Shown piece by piece: positions 46,704 to 55,936 of a DNA stretch of 64,000 bases (positions are counted from its first letter, which is position 1; each line of letters opens with the position of its first letter). The DNA comes from a bacterium (lineage in GTDB: Bacteria > SAR324 > NAC60-12). The notes beneath the pieces were generated by a model, which saw only the letters and a program-made list of their open reading frames with translations, did not search any database and had not been told where the DNA came from. Made by a program: the position numbers and the translations under genes. Location of the stretch: assembly GCA_965233585.1 (NCBI GenBank), contig CBDDTI010000747.1, forward strand, positions 640,001 through 704,000. Reading direction: 5' to 3'.

Positions 46704-48499
46704 AATGGTCAGCTATGAAACTGTGGCAACTTCTGCTTGCATTTTTGTTGGCATCGTCTGTTTTTGCACAAGAACGAGTGCCTTCTTTGCAACAGTATGA
46801 ATTAGGGCTTGAAAGTAAGATTCGCAGAAATTTAGAACACTACTTACAACCTAAAGACTATGTGTTGCGTGTGTCAGCACTAGGCAGTCCTTATGTTGCC
46901 CAAGAGATTTCTCCAACAACTCAAGTTGCTCAACCTGTTGAAAGTTTGCCCGGATTTTCTGCAGACCCTCCAGAAACACCAGTTGTTCAACAGATTCCTA
47001 AATCAAACACTCCAACACTTTGGGAGGTCTCCAGAGTTCAAATAGACCTTATCATGCACAAAGAGATTTCCTCTTCTTTGCAAGAATATCTGTTAAGGTC
47101 TGTTCCTTTGATTGCTGGATTGATTCCAGAGCGAGGCGATGCTTTTAATTTCCTACCAATCACCCCCAATGAAGTCATTAAACTTGAACCAGAAGAAGAA
47201 GCACCTGTTGAACCCTTAGAAAATTTGGAAGAAGAGCCACTTGTTGAACCTTTGACATGGTATGAACAACTTCATCAACAATATGGCATTTGGACTTGGG
47301 TTGCTTTGGGTGTAGTCGTATTCTTGTTTTTATTGCTTCTCATTTTATTGTTCAGACGTCCTAAAAAAATGGTTGAACAACCTGTGCAACAAGCAACACC
47401 TGATTTGAAACAACAGTTTGAACAAGAAAAACAAGAGGTTGAAAAGGAACGCACCAAAAAGATGCAAGACTTCTTTGCCCAAGAAGAACAAACCAAACTT
47501 GTTCAAGAGATTGTCAAAGAATTGATAGGACATGAAGATTGGAAAACAGAGCTTGTCCATGAATGGAGTAAAGGACGTAAAGACAAACTTCCTTTGCTGA
47601 TTTGTGCTTTGGGAACATTCACCTCAAGAAGTCTCTTTGCTAAGGTTCTGGGGTCATCTGTGTATGGAAAACTGGAACGAACCGCCAACGATTTGTCTCC
47701 TCAAGATTCAGAAATCGCTGACATTCTCAAAGAATCCTATGACTTCATCAAAGCCAAAAGTATTGACACCCCTCAAAAATATCAAAATGACCCGTTCCGT
47801 TTTTTAGATGAGTTAAGTCCTTCACAAGTCAGTTTTTTGGTGAAAGATGAACCCATCAGAATCAAAGCGATTGTGTTAAGCCGTCTGAACAGTGAGGGTG
47901 TCTCGCAGATTCTCAAAAAAATGCCTCCAGATGAACAATCGCAAGTTTTGATTACGATAGGCAATTTACATGAATTGCCCCTTGACCTGATTGAAGGGGT
48001 GGCAATGGAGTTAACCTCTAAATTGCCTGACTTGCCTGACGAAAACACAGCCTCTTTTGATGGGGTGGACATGTTGGCAGACCTCATCACTTTTGCTGAC
48101 AATCAAACAAGAAGGGACATTTTGAAACAGCTTAAACTCAATGACCAAAAGCTAAGTCTGAAAGTAGAAGAGCGAAGTTTTGTTTTTGAATCTATCCCTT
48201 TGATTCCCAAAGAAGTTTTAACAGAAGCGGTAAGACGCATGAACTCTGATGATGTTTTGACAGCATTTGTTGGGGCAGATCGTGAAATCCAGAAAGCAGT
48301 CATCTTGTGTTTTAATGAGACAGTGCGTGGCAATATGGTCTCTCAACTCAAAGCCAAGTCTCCAACTGCTGGTGAGATTGATGATAAGAAACGATTGTTT
48401 GTGGCACAAATCAGACAACTAGCAGACGAAGGAAAGATTGCCCTCAAAGACCTTTATCTGAACTGGCAAAAACGAAGCAGAAAAGCAAGAGTCGCCTGA
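46700..48499 (+). CDS. FliF-like periplasmic domain + TM helix + FliG middle/C-terminal domain fusion
   Basis: Signal, LPGF, ERGDAF, TM WVALGVVVFLFLLLLILLFRR, then DPFRFLDEL..Q...LVKDEP...AIVLSRL and SFVFESI..IRQLADEGKI.L matching the FliG-M/FliG-C pattern. Confidence 0.8.
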   Translation: MKWSAMKLWQLLLAFLLASSVFAQERVPSLQQYELGLESKIRRNLEHYLQPKDYVLRVSALGSPYVAQEISPTTQVAQPVESLPGFSADPPETPVVQQIPKSNTPTLWEVSRVQIDLIMHKEISSSLQEYLLRSVPLIAGLIPERGDAFNFLPITPNEVIKLEPEEEAPVEPLENLEEEPLVEPLTWYEQLHQQYGIWTWVALGVVVFLFLLLLILLFRRPKKMVEQPVQQATPDLKQQFEQEKQEVEKERTKKMQDFFAQEEQTKLVQEIVKELIGHEDWKTELVHEWSKGRKDKLPLLICALGTFTSRSLFAKVLGSSVYGKLERTANDLSPQDSEIADILKESYDFIKAKSIDTPQKYQNDPFRFLDELSPSQVSFLVKDEPIRIKAIVLSRLNSEGVSQILKKMPPDEQSQVLITIGNLHELPLDLIEGVAMELTSKLPDLPDENTASFDGVDMLADLITFADNQTRRDILKQLKLNDQKLSLKVEERSFVFESIPLIPKEVLTEAVRRMNSDDVLTAFVGADREIQKAVILCFNETVRGNMVSQLKAKSPTAGEIDDKKRLFVAQIRQLADEGKIALKDLYLNWQKRSRKARVA

Positions 48500-49470
48500 T
48501 GCTAGAAAGAATCATCACCTTCTTTGGAATTATCATAGGAATTGGATTAATTGGCTTTGGGATTGTTTGGCCTGATAAATATTCTAATGCCTATCTTTAC
48601 AACATTGCACTGATGGAAGCAGACATCAAAGCGATGCAAGAGGCACGGACTCCTTTTGCACAAGTGCAGGCTAAAAGGAGGGAATTGGAAACCTACCGCG
48701 AATCTATTCCTGCCAATGTGGCTCGCTTTCTTGATTTGAAATCTTTTGTCATTGTGTTTGGTGGGTCTTTTGCCGCCTTGCTCATTGCTTTCCCTGCCAG
48801 AAAATCACTGCGGGCATTTTTGTTCATCTCCTCTGCTTTTTTTGGCAAAGACAAGCAAGGGTCAGAATTTGCAGAATACTACAGCACCTTTGTCAAATTT
48901 TCTGAAAAACTCTCTGCACGGGAACTCATCACCGACGAAGACTTTGCATCAATTGAAGACAAAAGACTTCGGGAATGGTTAGAGTACTTCACTGCATCAG
49001 ATTCTGTGCCTGAGGAGATGATTCAAGAAATTATTCGCTCTGAAATTGCCGCCGTAGAACGTACATCAGAAGAAGAGGCAGAACTCCTTGACTTTATGTC
49101 TAAGGTTGCACCTGCATTTGGCATGATTGGAACGGTCATTGGTTTGATTTTGATGCTCGGCAATGTGAATGCAGATGACATTGATATTTTTAAAATCATT
49201 GGTGCAATGGGAGTCGCTATGATTACAACACTTTATGGGGTGGCAGTAGCAAATCTTATCTTCACTCCGATTGCTACCAAACGAAGAAGCCTGATGTATT
49301 CAGAATTGTATCTGATGGAAATGGCAAGAGAGGGAATCCTTTATCTCAAAAACAAACAAACTCCAGAACTTGTCTCAAGAGACCTTATTATTTATTTGCC
49401 AGATAGGATTAGACAACGAATTGAGCAAGAGAAGTTAGAAAAACTCAAATCAGGTGATTTAGGTCTATGA
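48499..49470 (+). CDS. motA: MotA/PomA-like stator A subunit
   Basis: S.VIVFGGS.AALLIAFP, APAFGMIGTVIGLI.ML, MGVAMITTLYG..ANL.F.PIA.K, EGIL. Confidence 0.88.
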   Translation: MLERIITFFGIIIGIGLIGFGIVWPDKYSNAYLYNIALMEADIKAMQEARTPFAQVQAKRRELETYRESIPANVARFLDLKSFVIVFGGSFAALLIAFPARKSLRAFLFISSAFFGKDKQGSEFAEYYSTFVKFSEKLSARELITDEDFASIEDKRLREWLEYFTASDSVPEEMIQEIIRSEIAAVERTSEEEAELLDFMSKVAPAFGMIGTVIGLILMLGNVNADDIDIFKIIGAMGVAMITTLYGVAVANLIFTPIATKRRSLMYSELYLMEMAREGILYLKNKQTPELVSRDLIIYLPDRIRQRIEQEKLEKLKSGDLGL

Positions 49471-50102
49471 GAAAGAATGTAGGAGAATCAACATGGATGG
49501 TCACTTATGCAGACATGGTCACCTTGCTGTTTATCTTCTTCATCTTGTTGACTGCCATCTCTGCACGTCCCAAAAACTGTAAAAATATCAGTGATTACAT
49601 GGCATCTAATCCACAGAATTTTGCCAACTACGAGCTTCGTGCTACCAAATTACAATGTATCATTTCTCTCCCTCAGGATTTTTTGTTTTCTTCAGGCGAG
49701 GCAAAGCTGAAAGAAGGGGCATTGCGTGAGTTATCCCCTTTTTTTCAAATGATCAAAAACCTTCCTGAACACCAAGAAGATTTAGTCGTGGTAGAAGGAC
49801 ACACTGACAATGTACCAATCCGCACCAAAGAGTTCCCAAGCAACTGGGAGTTAAGTTCGGCTCGTTCTCTTTCTGTGGCAAGGTTTCTGGTGGACCGTCT
49901 TGGATATGCCCAAGAGACAGTGTCAGTCAAAGCCTTTGCAGACACCCGCCCCAAAGTCCCCTATCAAGACCCCTACAATCGCCCACTCCAAGGAAATGAG
50001 CTTAAAAATGCAAGAAAAGCGAACAGACGCATTGAAGTCCTCATCATAGACCAACCCCGCTCCAGAGAAGATGCCAGCATCCTCTTTCAAACTGTCCAAT
50101 AA
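49467..50102 (+). CDS. motB: MotB/PomB-like stator B subunit with OmpA domain
   Basis: WMVTYADMVTLL..FFILL, LFSSG.A.L, VEGHTDNVP, NWELSSARS, NRRIE. Confidence 0.9.
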   Translation: MRKNVGESTWMVTYADMVTLLFIFFILLTAISARPKNCKNISDYMASNPQNFANYELRATKLQCIISLPQDFLFSSGEAKLKEGALRELSPFFQMIKNLPEHQEDLVVVEGHTDNVPIRTKEFPSNWELSSARSLSVARFLVDRLGYAQETVSVKAFADTRPKVPYQDPYNRPLQGNELKNARKANRRIEVLIIDQPRSREDASILFQTVQ

Positions 50103-50148
50103 GCCTACCTTTTAGTGAAGTCAAACAATGACTAGCACCTCAAACGTT

Positions 50149-52050
50149 CTATGGAAGGATTGGTAAGGATTCTGCCAAAGTAGATTTGAAAAAAATGACT
50201 TGCGGTGCAAACAACAGTGTTTGTTCTTGTTGCAAATAGGAGTCACTTTGAAAACTTGCAGAATTGAGAGAGTGCAGTTGTTTTAGATGAAAGAGTGCAT
50301 CATCATTTCGTTGTGTTTGGGCATAGATGAGGCTTAATCGTTGTAAAAAGATGTCATGTTGCAAAGTGGATTGTCGTCTTTGAAGGAAAGAGACAAGCAG
50401 TTGTTCTGCTTCTTGAAGCATTCCCATCTTGACGTAAAGCAGGCTTAAATCGTCAATCAAAGAGACTTGTTCAGGGAACAACTGATACCCTTGCTCGTAA
50501 ATCTTTTGTGCTTCTTTGTCTTGTTTAAGATATTGCAACGCCCGACCTGCTTGTAAATGCAACAAACCTGCTCCTTTTTTTGCGTTGAGAAAGGGCTGCA
50601 AATAAGTCAAAGTGTTGTCATAGCGTCCCATTTGATTGAGAATGCTGGCGTGAAGATAAGCAATGTCTTCACTGGATTGTTTTGACAAATTTTGGGTCAT
50701 AGCAAAGGCTTGCTGATAACGTTTTTGAAAGTAAAGCAGTCTTGCCAAAGTAAATCTGACTTTGGGAGTGTCTTGAAGTTCTTGCAGTTGCAAGGTCAAT
50801 TTTTCTGCAAGTTCATACTGACCACGCAAGATGTAAAGGTCTATTTGCAAATGCAATAATTGTGGGTCAAGTGAAGATTCTGCTTGCATTTCATTGAGTG
50901 CATTTTCCACACGGTTCCAGTTTTGGGTTTGCATGTCTCTTTGAATTTTAAGCATCTGATAACGTTGGTTGCTAAAATCCAACTCCAATGCTCTAGCAAG
51001 CTCATTGTCTCCTTGTAAAGTGTTGCCTTCCTTGAACAAAACCAGTGCCAGTAAATATCTTGCTTCTGCCTGCATTTCATCTATTTCCACAGAACGTCTC
51101 AACCAGATTTTTGCCTCTTCAAATTGGTCTTGATACAGAAAGACTGATGCCAATAACACCATGCTTTTTGCATCAAGTGGAACGTCTTCTAAAAGATTTT
51201 GCAAAGTTTGTTGTGCAAGAAGCCACTTCTTTTGTTTGATGGCAATGCGGGCAAGAATTTGTCTTTCTAAGACACTATAAGGTTCTTGGGTTTGTGCAAG
51301 AATCGCTTTGTCGTTTCCTTGTAAAAAGAGAATTTTCAGTAAATATTCCTTCGCTTTGGCAAGGGTTGGTTCGTCTGCCAATAATTGTTGAACTAAGACT
51401 TTGGCATGGTAATAATTCCCTTGTAGCATCTGAATTTGCACCTCTAAAAGCCGATATTCTGGATTGCTTGGTTCAAAGAGTAGGACATTTTTCAAATGAT
51501 TTTCTGCCACTTCAAAGTCACGTTGTTTGATGTTGAGTCTTGTCAGATAGGCTTGAATTTCTAAGGTAGGTCCTGAACGTTGCAATGCCACTTCCAATGC
51601 GCCAATAGCACGTTCGTTGTCTCCAATCCTCTCATAAGTCATTGCCAGTTTGAGGTAGGCAGAGATGAGGTCACGGTCTAACTTAATGGCTGTGTTCAGG
51701 GAGTCAATAGCACGGCTATACTTCTTATTTTGATACGCAATGCTTCCTAATAGCTCAAAGTAAATTCCAACGATGGGAGAAAGGCTTAACGCTCTTTGAA
51801 TGTTCAGTTCCGCTTGTTCTAAATTTTGTTGTTCAAAATAAGCCAACGCTAGCTGATAGTATGCAACGGCGTCATTCTTGTTATTCTGAATGCGGGTTTG
51901 TTGTTCAGTAATAAACTGTTCTTTCTGTAATGCGTCCATTCTCTCAAACTGTTCAAGCGTCGTTGGAGAGGTGCAAGCAAGGCTTAAGAAGCACAAAAGA
52001 CTAAGGACGTGTGATGGTATAGGTTTGAGAAGGCGAGCTTTCATTGCCAT
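50149..52050 (-). CDS. TPR-repeat lipoprotein
   Basis: Lipobox SLAC, many TPRs (AYYQLALAYFEQ, AYLKLAMTYERIG). Start uncertain. Confidence 0.8.
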   Translation of the reverse strand: MAMKARLLKPIPSHVLSLLCFLSLACTSPTTLEQFERMDALQKEQFITEQQTRIQNNKNDAVAYYQLALAYFEQQNLEQAELNIQRALSLSPIVGIYFELLGSIAYQNKKYSRAIDSLNTAIKLDRDLISAYLKLAMTYERIGDNERAIGALEVALQRSGPTLEIQAYLTRLNIKQRDFEVAENHLKNVLLFEPSNPEYRLLEVQIQMLQGNYYHAKVLVQQLLADEPTLAKAKEYLLKILFLQGNDKAILAQTQEPYSVLERQILARIAIKQKKWLLAQQTLQNLLEDVPLDAKSMVLLASVFLYQDQFEEAKIWLRRSVEIDEMQAEARYLLALVLFKEGNTLQGDNELARALELDFSNQRYQMLKIQRDMQTQNWNRVENALNEMQAESSLDPQLLHLQIDLYILRGQYELAEKLTLQLQELQDTPKVRFTLARLLYFQKRYQQAFAMTQNLSKQSSEDIAYLHASILNQMGRYDNTLTYLQPFLNAKKGAGLLHLQAGRALQYLKQDKEAQKIYEQGYQLFPEQVSLIDDLSLLYVKMGMLQEAEQLLVSFLQRRQSTLQHDIFLQRLSLIYAQTQRNDDALFHLKQLHSLNSASFQSDSYLQQEQTLLFAPQVIFFKSTLAESLPILP

Positions 52051-52738
52051 AAGAATCTACTAATCTGAATTGATAAAGTGCTGTTTGCATGATTTCTTGG
52101 TCTAGGAAAAATTCGTCAGAAATCGGTTGATTGTGAATGGGTTGTCGTGTCCACTTGTCAGAGGGGGCTTTGCGATAAATATTCATCTGATAATAAACAT
52201 TTTCTGGCTGGTCTGTGCCTAGTTTGAAAAGCATTTTTTCTAATGGAGCTTGCCATCTCATCAGCACAGCAGATGAGGAGTTTAGGACAAGTTTGACTTC
52301 AGGTAAGCTAGGAAATTCGCTAAAATGTTGCAAACGTGTCAGGACTGTGGCAAACGTCCTTGTTTTATTGATGTCTTGGTGTTTGAGTTCAAATAGATAA
52401 CTTGAAAGAGTCTTGGGAAGGTCAAGCATTAAGAACGCACGGGATTCTTCTATGATGAGATGATGGCTTGGTAATGGCACTTGTACACTTGAAATGAGGG
52501 TGGCATCGCATTTGATGCAGTATCTGGCAAATTCAAAAGTTTTGATGACAATGAAACCTTGTGTTGGGACGTCTTGTGAAAAATTCCAAGTTAATAGAAT
52601 TTTCTCCCCTTGCTGACGGGCTTGAAATTGTTCAATGGAGCTAGATTTTTCAGGAGGTGAAGGGGCTGTTTTATAACCGCATGCTAACAGAGTCAGTTGC
52701 ACGAAGCAAAGCCAAATGGCGATGTCTTGCCGTTTCAT
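52001..52738 (-). CDS. Lipoprotein, fibronectin-III-like
   Basis: Start MKRQDI at 52738, lipobox LLAC-GYK.AP.PP, C-terminal Y..R.VD.YGNES.PS. Confidence 0.7.
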   Translation of the reverse strand: MKRQDIAIWLCFVQLTLLACGYKTAPSPPEKSSSIEQFQARQQGEKILLTWNFSQDVPTQGFIVIKTFEFARYCIKCDATLISSVQVPLPSHHLIIEESRAFLMLDLPKTLSSYLFELKHQDINKTRTFATVLTRLQHFSEFPSLPEVKLVLNSSSAVLMRWQAPLEKMLFKLGTDQPENVYYQMNIYRKAPSDKWTRQPIHNQPISDEFFLDQEIMQTALYQFRLVDSYGNESSPSQTYTITRP

Positions 52739-53172
52739 CTGCTTATTTGTTGTTGGAAATTTCTCAAAATCCTCTGTATCTGCTTTAAATCTGTTTGTGT
52801 ATAGTGGCTTTGCAAGATGTCTATTTTTTGGTTCATAAAGCACCATTGCTTTTGTGCAGGCTCATTTATCATGGGAATTTGTAAACAATGAAGTTGCTGA
52901 GAGGCTGTGTTCCAATAAAAAGCGTAATCAGCATCTTGTTCTATTTGTAACCTTAAATTGCCCCCCCATTGTTCCAACTGATAGATTCCCTTATCAACCA
53001 AATGTCCTGCACCATACGAAACTGACCAATCTGCATTGGCAATTTTAAACTCATAACAGCCTGCGTTAAATTTGACAGAACAAAATAAAATCTTGGGTCT
53101 CACAGTTTGGAAACAAAATGGTTGTTGCGCTTGCCAGTTTTGTAAAGAACTCCTAAAAAACCATTCTTGCAT
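52735..53172 (-). CDS. Small protein resembling a pullulanase/amylase-associated carbohydrate-binding domain
   Basis: G.YEFKIANADW..SYG, GGNL...Y.F.W pattern. Confidence 0.5.
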   Translation of the reverse strand: MQEWFFRSSLQNWQAQQPFCFQTVRPKILFCSVKFNAGCYEFKIANADWSVSYGAGHLVDKGIYQLEQWGGNLRLQIEQDADYAFYWNTASQQLHCLQIPMINEPAQKQWCFMNQKIDILQSHYTQTDLKQIQRILRNFQQQISR

Positions 53173-53236
53173 GAGGGACTTTCATCAAGGTTTTGAGCCG
53201 AAAATAATCGTTGCTTGTTGTGCTGAATCTTTGAAT

Positions 53237-54562
53237 CTACTGAACTAAAGATAGCGTCATCCAGATCTGGATTGTGTTTTTTTGTGAGTGGTCTTGACCT
53301 GTAAAATGAGGGAAGACCGCAACTATTTTGTCATCAAGGCAAAGACAAGGCAAATGGTCTCTTTGGGGCAAAGGGATTTTTTGCTCATATAAAAATTTGT
53401 TGAGCTTGAACAGCTTCTTTTTTTCTACAGAATAAAAGCTATCTCCATTTTTTCTAAAACGAAGCCTTAAAATAGAATTTTTTTGAACAGACAAAGCAAA
53501 TGCTTGTTGTGAATGACAATGATTAGCAATCTCAATCTTCCAACGTTCTGCAATGTCATTGTAGCAAACGAAGTCATGGAGTGTGATTTTTTGGGTGAGA
53601 TGAGGTGTTTGAATCCATGCAAAAGCCTCTTGCTTACAAAAAAAATATGATTTTGCCACCTCTTCTTTCATTTTCAAATGAGGATTAGCACATGCGTTCC
53701 TAAACTTTGCAATCTGCTGTGAACACAATATTAAACCATGTTTCTCAAATTCGTGATGTAAAATTGCCTCTTGCTGGAGAGTAGAAAGTTGTAGCAAGTT
53801 TGTAAGGTCTAGCAAACCATAGGCATCAAGGGCTGGTTTTTGTTGTAAAAATTGTTCCAAATCTTGTTGCAGTTGAGCTGATTGTTGATGAAGCCATTTG
53901 AGCCGTTGATTGAGTGTTCCATTGGCAAGTTCATTCATCAAAGGGAGCAATTCATGTCTCACACGATTTCTTAAATACTTTGGGGATTGATTAGACTCAT
54001 CTTCAACCCATGTTTGATGATGGTCTTTGAGATACTGGACGAGGTCAGATTTTGGAATGTTAAGTAACGGTCTGATGTATGGCAAAGTTTTCCATCGCAT
54101 ACCTTGTAAGTGGGATAAATGAACTCCTCTTAATAGTTTGAGTAAAATGGTTTCATTTTGGTCATCAAGATGATGTGCTAATACAATTTTAGACGAATTT
54201 CTTTGTGCAAATTCTTCTGATGTTTTTCTTCTCCATAGACGAAAATTTTCTTGAAGATTTTTAGAATTTTGAACTGTATTTTGTGCAGTTTCTAAATAAA
54301 ATTTAAGATTCATAGATTGACAAATTTTTCTAACAAATTGAGCATCAGTATTGGAATTTTGACGAAGTTGATGGTCAAAATGTAAGACAGAGATTTTCTC
54401 AAAATGACCTTGATAAATTTCACAAAGAAGGAACAATAATGCAACAGAATCTGAACCTCCACTCACCAAAATAAGAATGGGTTCATATTCAAAAAGCAGG
54501 TCATGTTTTTTGAAGTTTTCTAAAACTTTCTTTGCCAAAAAAGATAATACATTTTTTTTCAT
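53237..54562 (-). CDS. tilS: tRNA(Ile)-lysidine synthetase
   Basis: VSGGSDS, H.DH.LR, AHHLDDQ.ET, IRPLL, ED.SN...YLRNRVRH. Confidence 0.93.
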   Translation of the reverse strand: MKKNVLSFLAKKVLENFKKHDLLFEYEPILILVSGGSDSVALLFLLCEIYQGHFEKISVLHFDHQLRQNSNTDAQFVRKICQSMNLKFYLETAQNTVQNSKNLQENFRLWRRKTSEEFAQRNSSKIVLAHHLDDQNETILLKLLRGVHLSHLQGMRWKTLPYIRPLLNIPKSDLVQYLKDHHQTWVEDESNQSPKYLRNRVRHELLPLMNELANGTLNQRLKWLHQQSAQLQQDLEQFLQQKPALDAYGLLDLTNLLQLSTLQQEAILHHEFEKHGLILCSQQIAKFRNACANPHLKMKEEVAKSYFFCKQEAFAWIQTPHLTQKITLHDFVCYNDIAERWKIEIANHCHSQQAFALSVQKNSILRLRFRKNGDSFYSVEKKKLFKLNKFLYEQKIPLPQRDHLPCLCLDDKIVAVFPHFTGQDHSQKNTIQIWMTLSLVQ

Positions 54563-54645
54563 TATTTCAATCTTTTATTTGGTCAAAGATACTACAATTT
54601 GATTCCATAGGTTTTATAGTGTCAAGAATTTTTTAAATAAAATCC

Positions 54646-54710
54646 TTGACTTTCAAAGACTCATTATGTTTTAATGAATGACTTGGTTCATTTTTATTGA
54701 ATGAACTTAA
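54646..54710 (+). promoter_or_regulatory. Putative sigma70 promoter of proVWX overlapped by an imperfect palindrome
   Basis: TTGACT (54646) and TG-n-TTTAAT (54670). AATGAA-N9-TTCATT at 54673-54692 and a second TGAATGA. Confidence 0.4.
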
Positions 54711-54883
54711 AGAAAATTGCCCCTTTTTGTCTTCCTTTCATTCTGCTTTGAGAGTGTTTTGAAATCGTCTCTTGAGCAGTACTTTCTTAAGGCATTTAAC
54801 TGCAAGCGACTTTGTAGTGACTCTGCCTCATTTGACTAAAATAATCAATCAGGGTTTGCAATGTCAATCAAACATAAAGTCTT

Positions 54884-55936
54884 ATGGAGTATAAAGTTGA
54901 GTGCCGTTCTTTGTGGAAAATTTTTGGAGAACGTTCTGATGAGGTCTGGAAGATTTTGCAGAAAGATCAGTCTGCCATCTCCAAAGAAGAAGCATTGGAC
55001 AAGTATGGTGCAGTGATTGGTGTCTCAGACGTTTCCCTTCAGGTCAAGACAGGCGAGATTCTTTGTATCATGGGGCTTTCAGGGTCTGGCAAATCAACTC
55101 TTGTGCGTCACATCAACAGGCTGATTCAACCAACTTCAGGGGAGGTTTTGATAGACGGTGAGGACGTTGCTAAAGTCTCTGACAAGAGGTTGCGTCAGAT
55201 CCGTTCCCAAAAAATTGGCATGGTGTTCCAAAACATGGCATTGCTTCCTCATTTTTCTGTTTGGGAAAATGTTGCTCTTGGTTTGGAGTTGCAGAAAGTC
55301 AAGAAGAAAGAAAGGCGTCTTCGTGCAGAAGAAGCATTGGAGATGATGGAACTTTCGGGTTGGGAAGATGAAGAGACAGACACTCTTTCAGGAGGTATGC
55401 AACAACGTGTTGGTCTTGCCCGTGCGATTGCTTCTGATCCAGATATTTTGCTCATGGACGAACCCTTCAGTGCCTTAGACCCTCTCATTCGCTCTCAACT
55501 TCAAGAACAATTTCTCAGCCTTTCTTCTAAAATGGAAAAGACGACCATCTTCATCACGCACGATCTTGATGAGGCGTTTTTTCTGGGTGACAGAGTTGCC
55601 ATCATGCGAGATGGTCAAATTGTGCAGATTGGAGACTCAGAAGAAATTATCTCAAATCCTGCTGATGATTACGTCAGGGAGTTTGTTCAAAATGTCTCTC
55701 CTTTGCGATTTGTGGTCGCTGCTCAGATCATGAGCGGGTTAGAGGAATGGAAGCAAAAGAACCCTGCCACTGCACATCTCACCCAAACTTTTCCTAAAGC
55801 AACGCCCCAGACAATACTTGGTGAGTTAGTAGATTTGACAGTGGAAACAGGTCACCCAACCTTGATTGAAGATAATGCCCAAATCGTTGGCATTGTCTCC
55901 CCTAGAGATTTATTAAAAGGAATTGTCAGACCATAA
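54884..55936 (+). CDS. proV: Glycine betaine/proline ABC transporter ATPase
   Basis: MGLSGSGKST, LSGGMQQRVGLARA, LMDEPFSALDPLIR, PADDYV. Confidence 0.93.
   Translation: MEYKVECRSLWKIFGERSDEVWKILQKDQSAISKEEALDKYGAVIGVSDVSLQVKTGEILCIMGLSGSGKSTLVRHINRLIQPTSGEVLIDGEDVAKVSDKRLRQIRSQKIGMVFQNMALLPHFSVWENVALGLELQKVKKKERRLRAEEALEMMELSGWEDEETDTLSGGMQQRVGLARAIASDPDILLMDEPFSALDPLIRSQLQEQFLSLSSKMEKTTIFITHDLDEAFFLGDRVAIMRDGQIVQIGDSEEIISNPADDYVREFVQNVSPLRFVVAAQIMSGLEEWKQKNPATAHLTQTFPKATPQTILGELVDLTVETGHPTLIEDNAQIVGIVSPRDLLKGIVRP

Noticed and set aside
48499..50102. ExbB/ExbD or TolQ/TolR identity for the stator pair
   Set aside because: The B subunit has WxxTYAD and an OmpA peptidoglycan-binding domain, which is MotB-type. 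No TonB/TolA gene is present.
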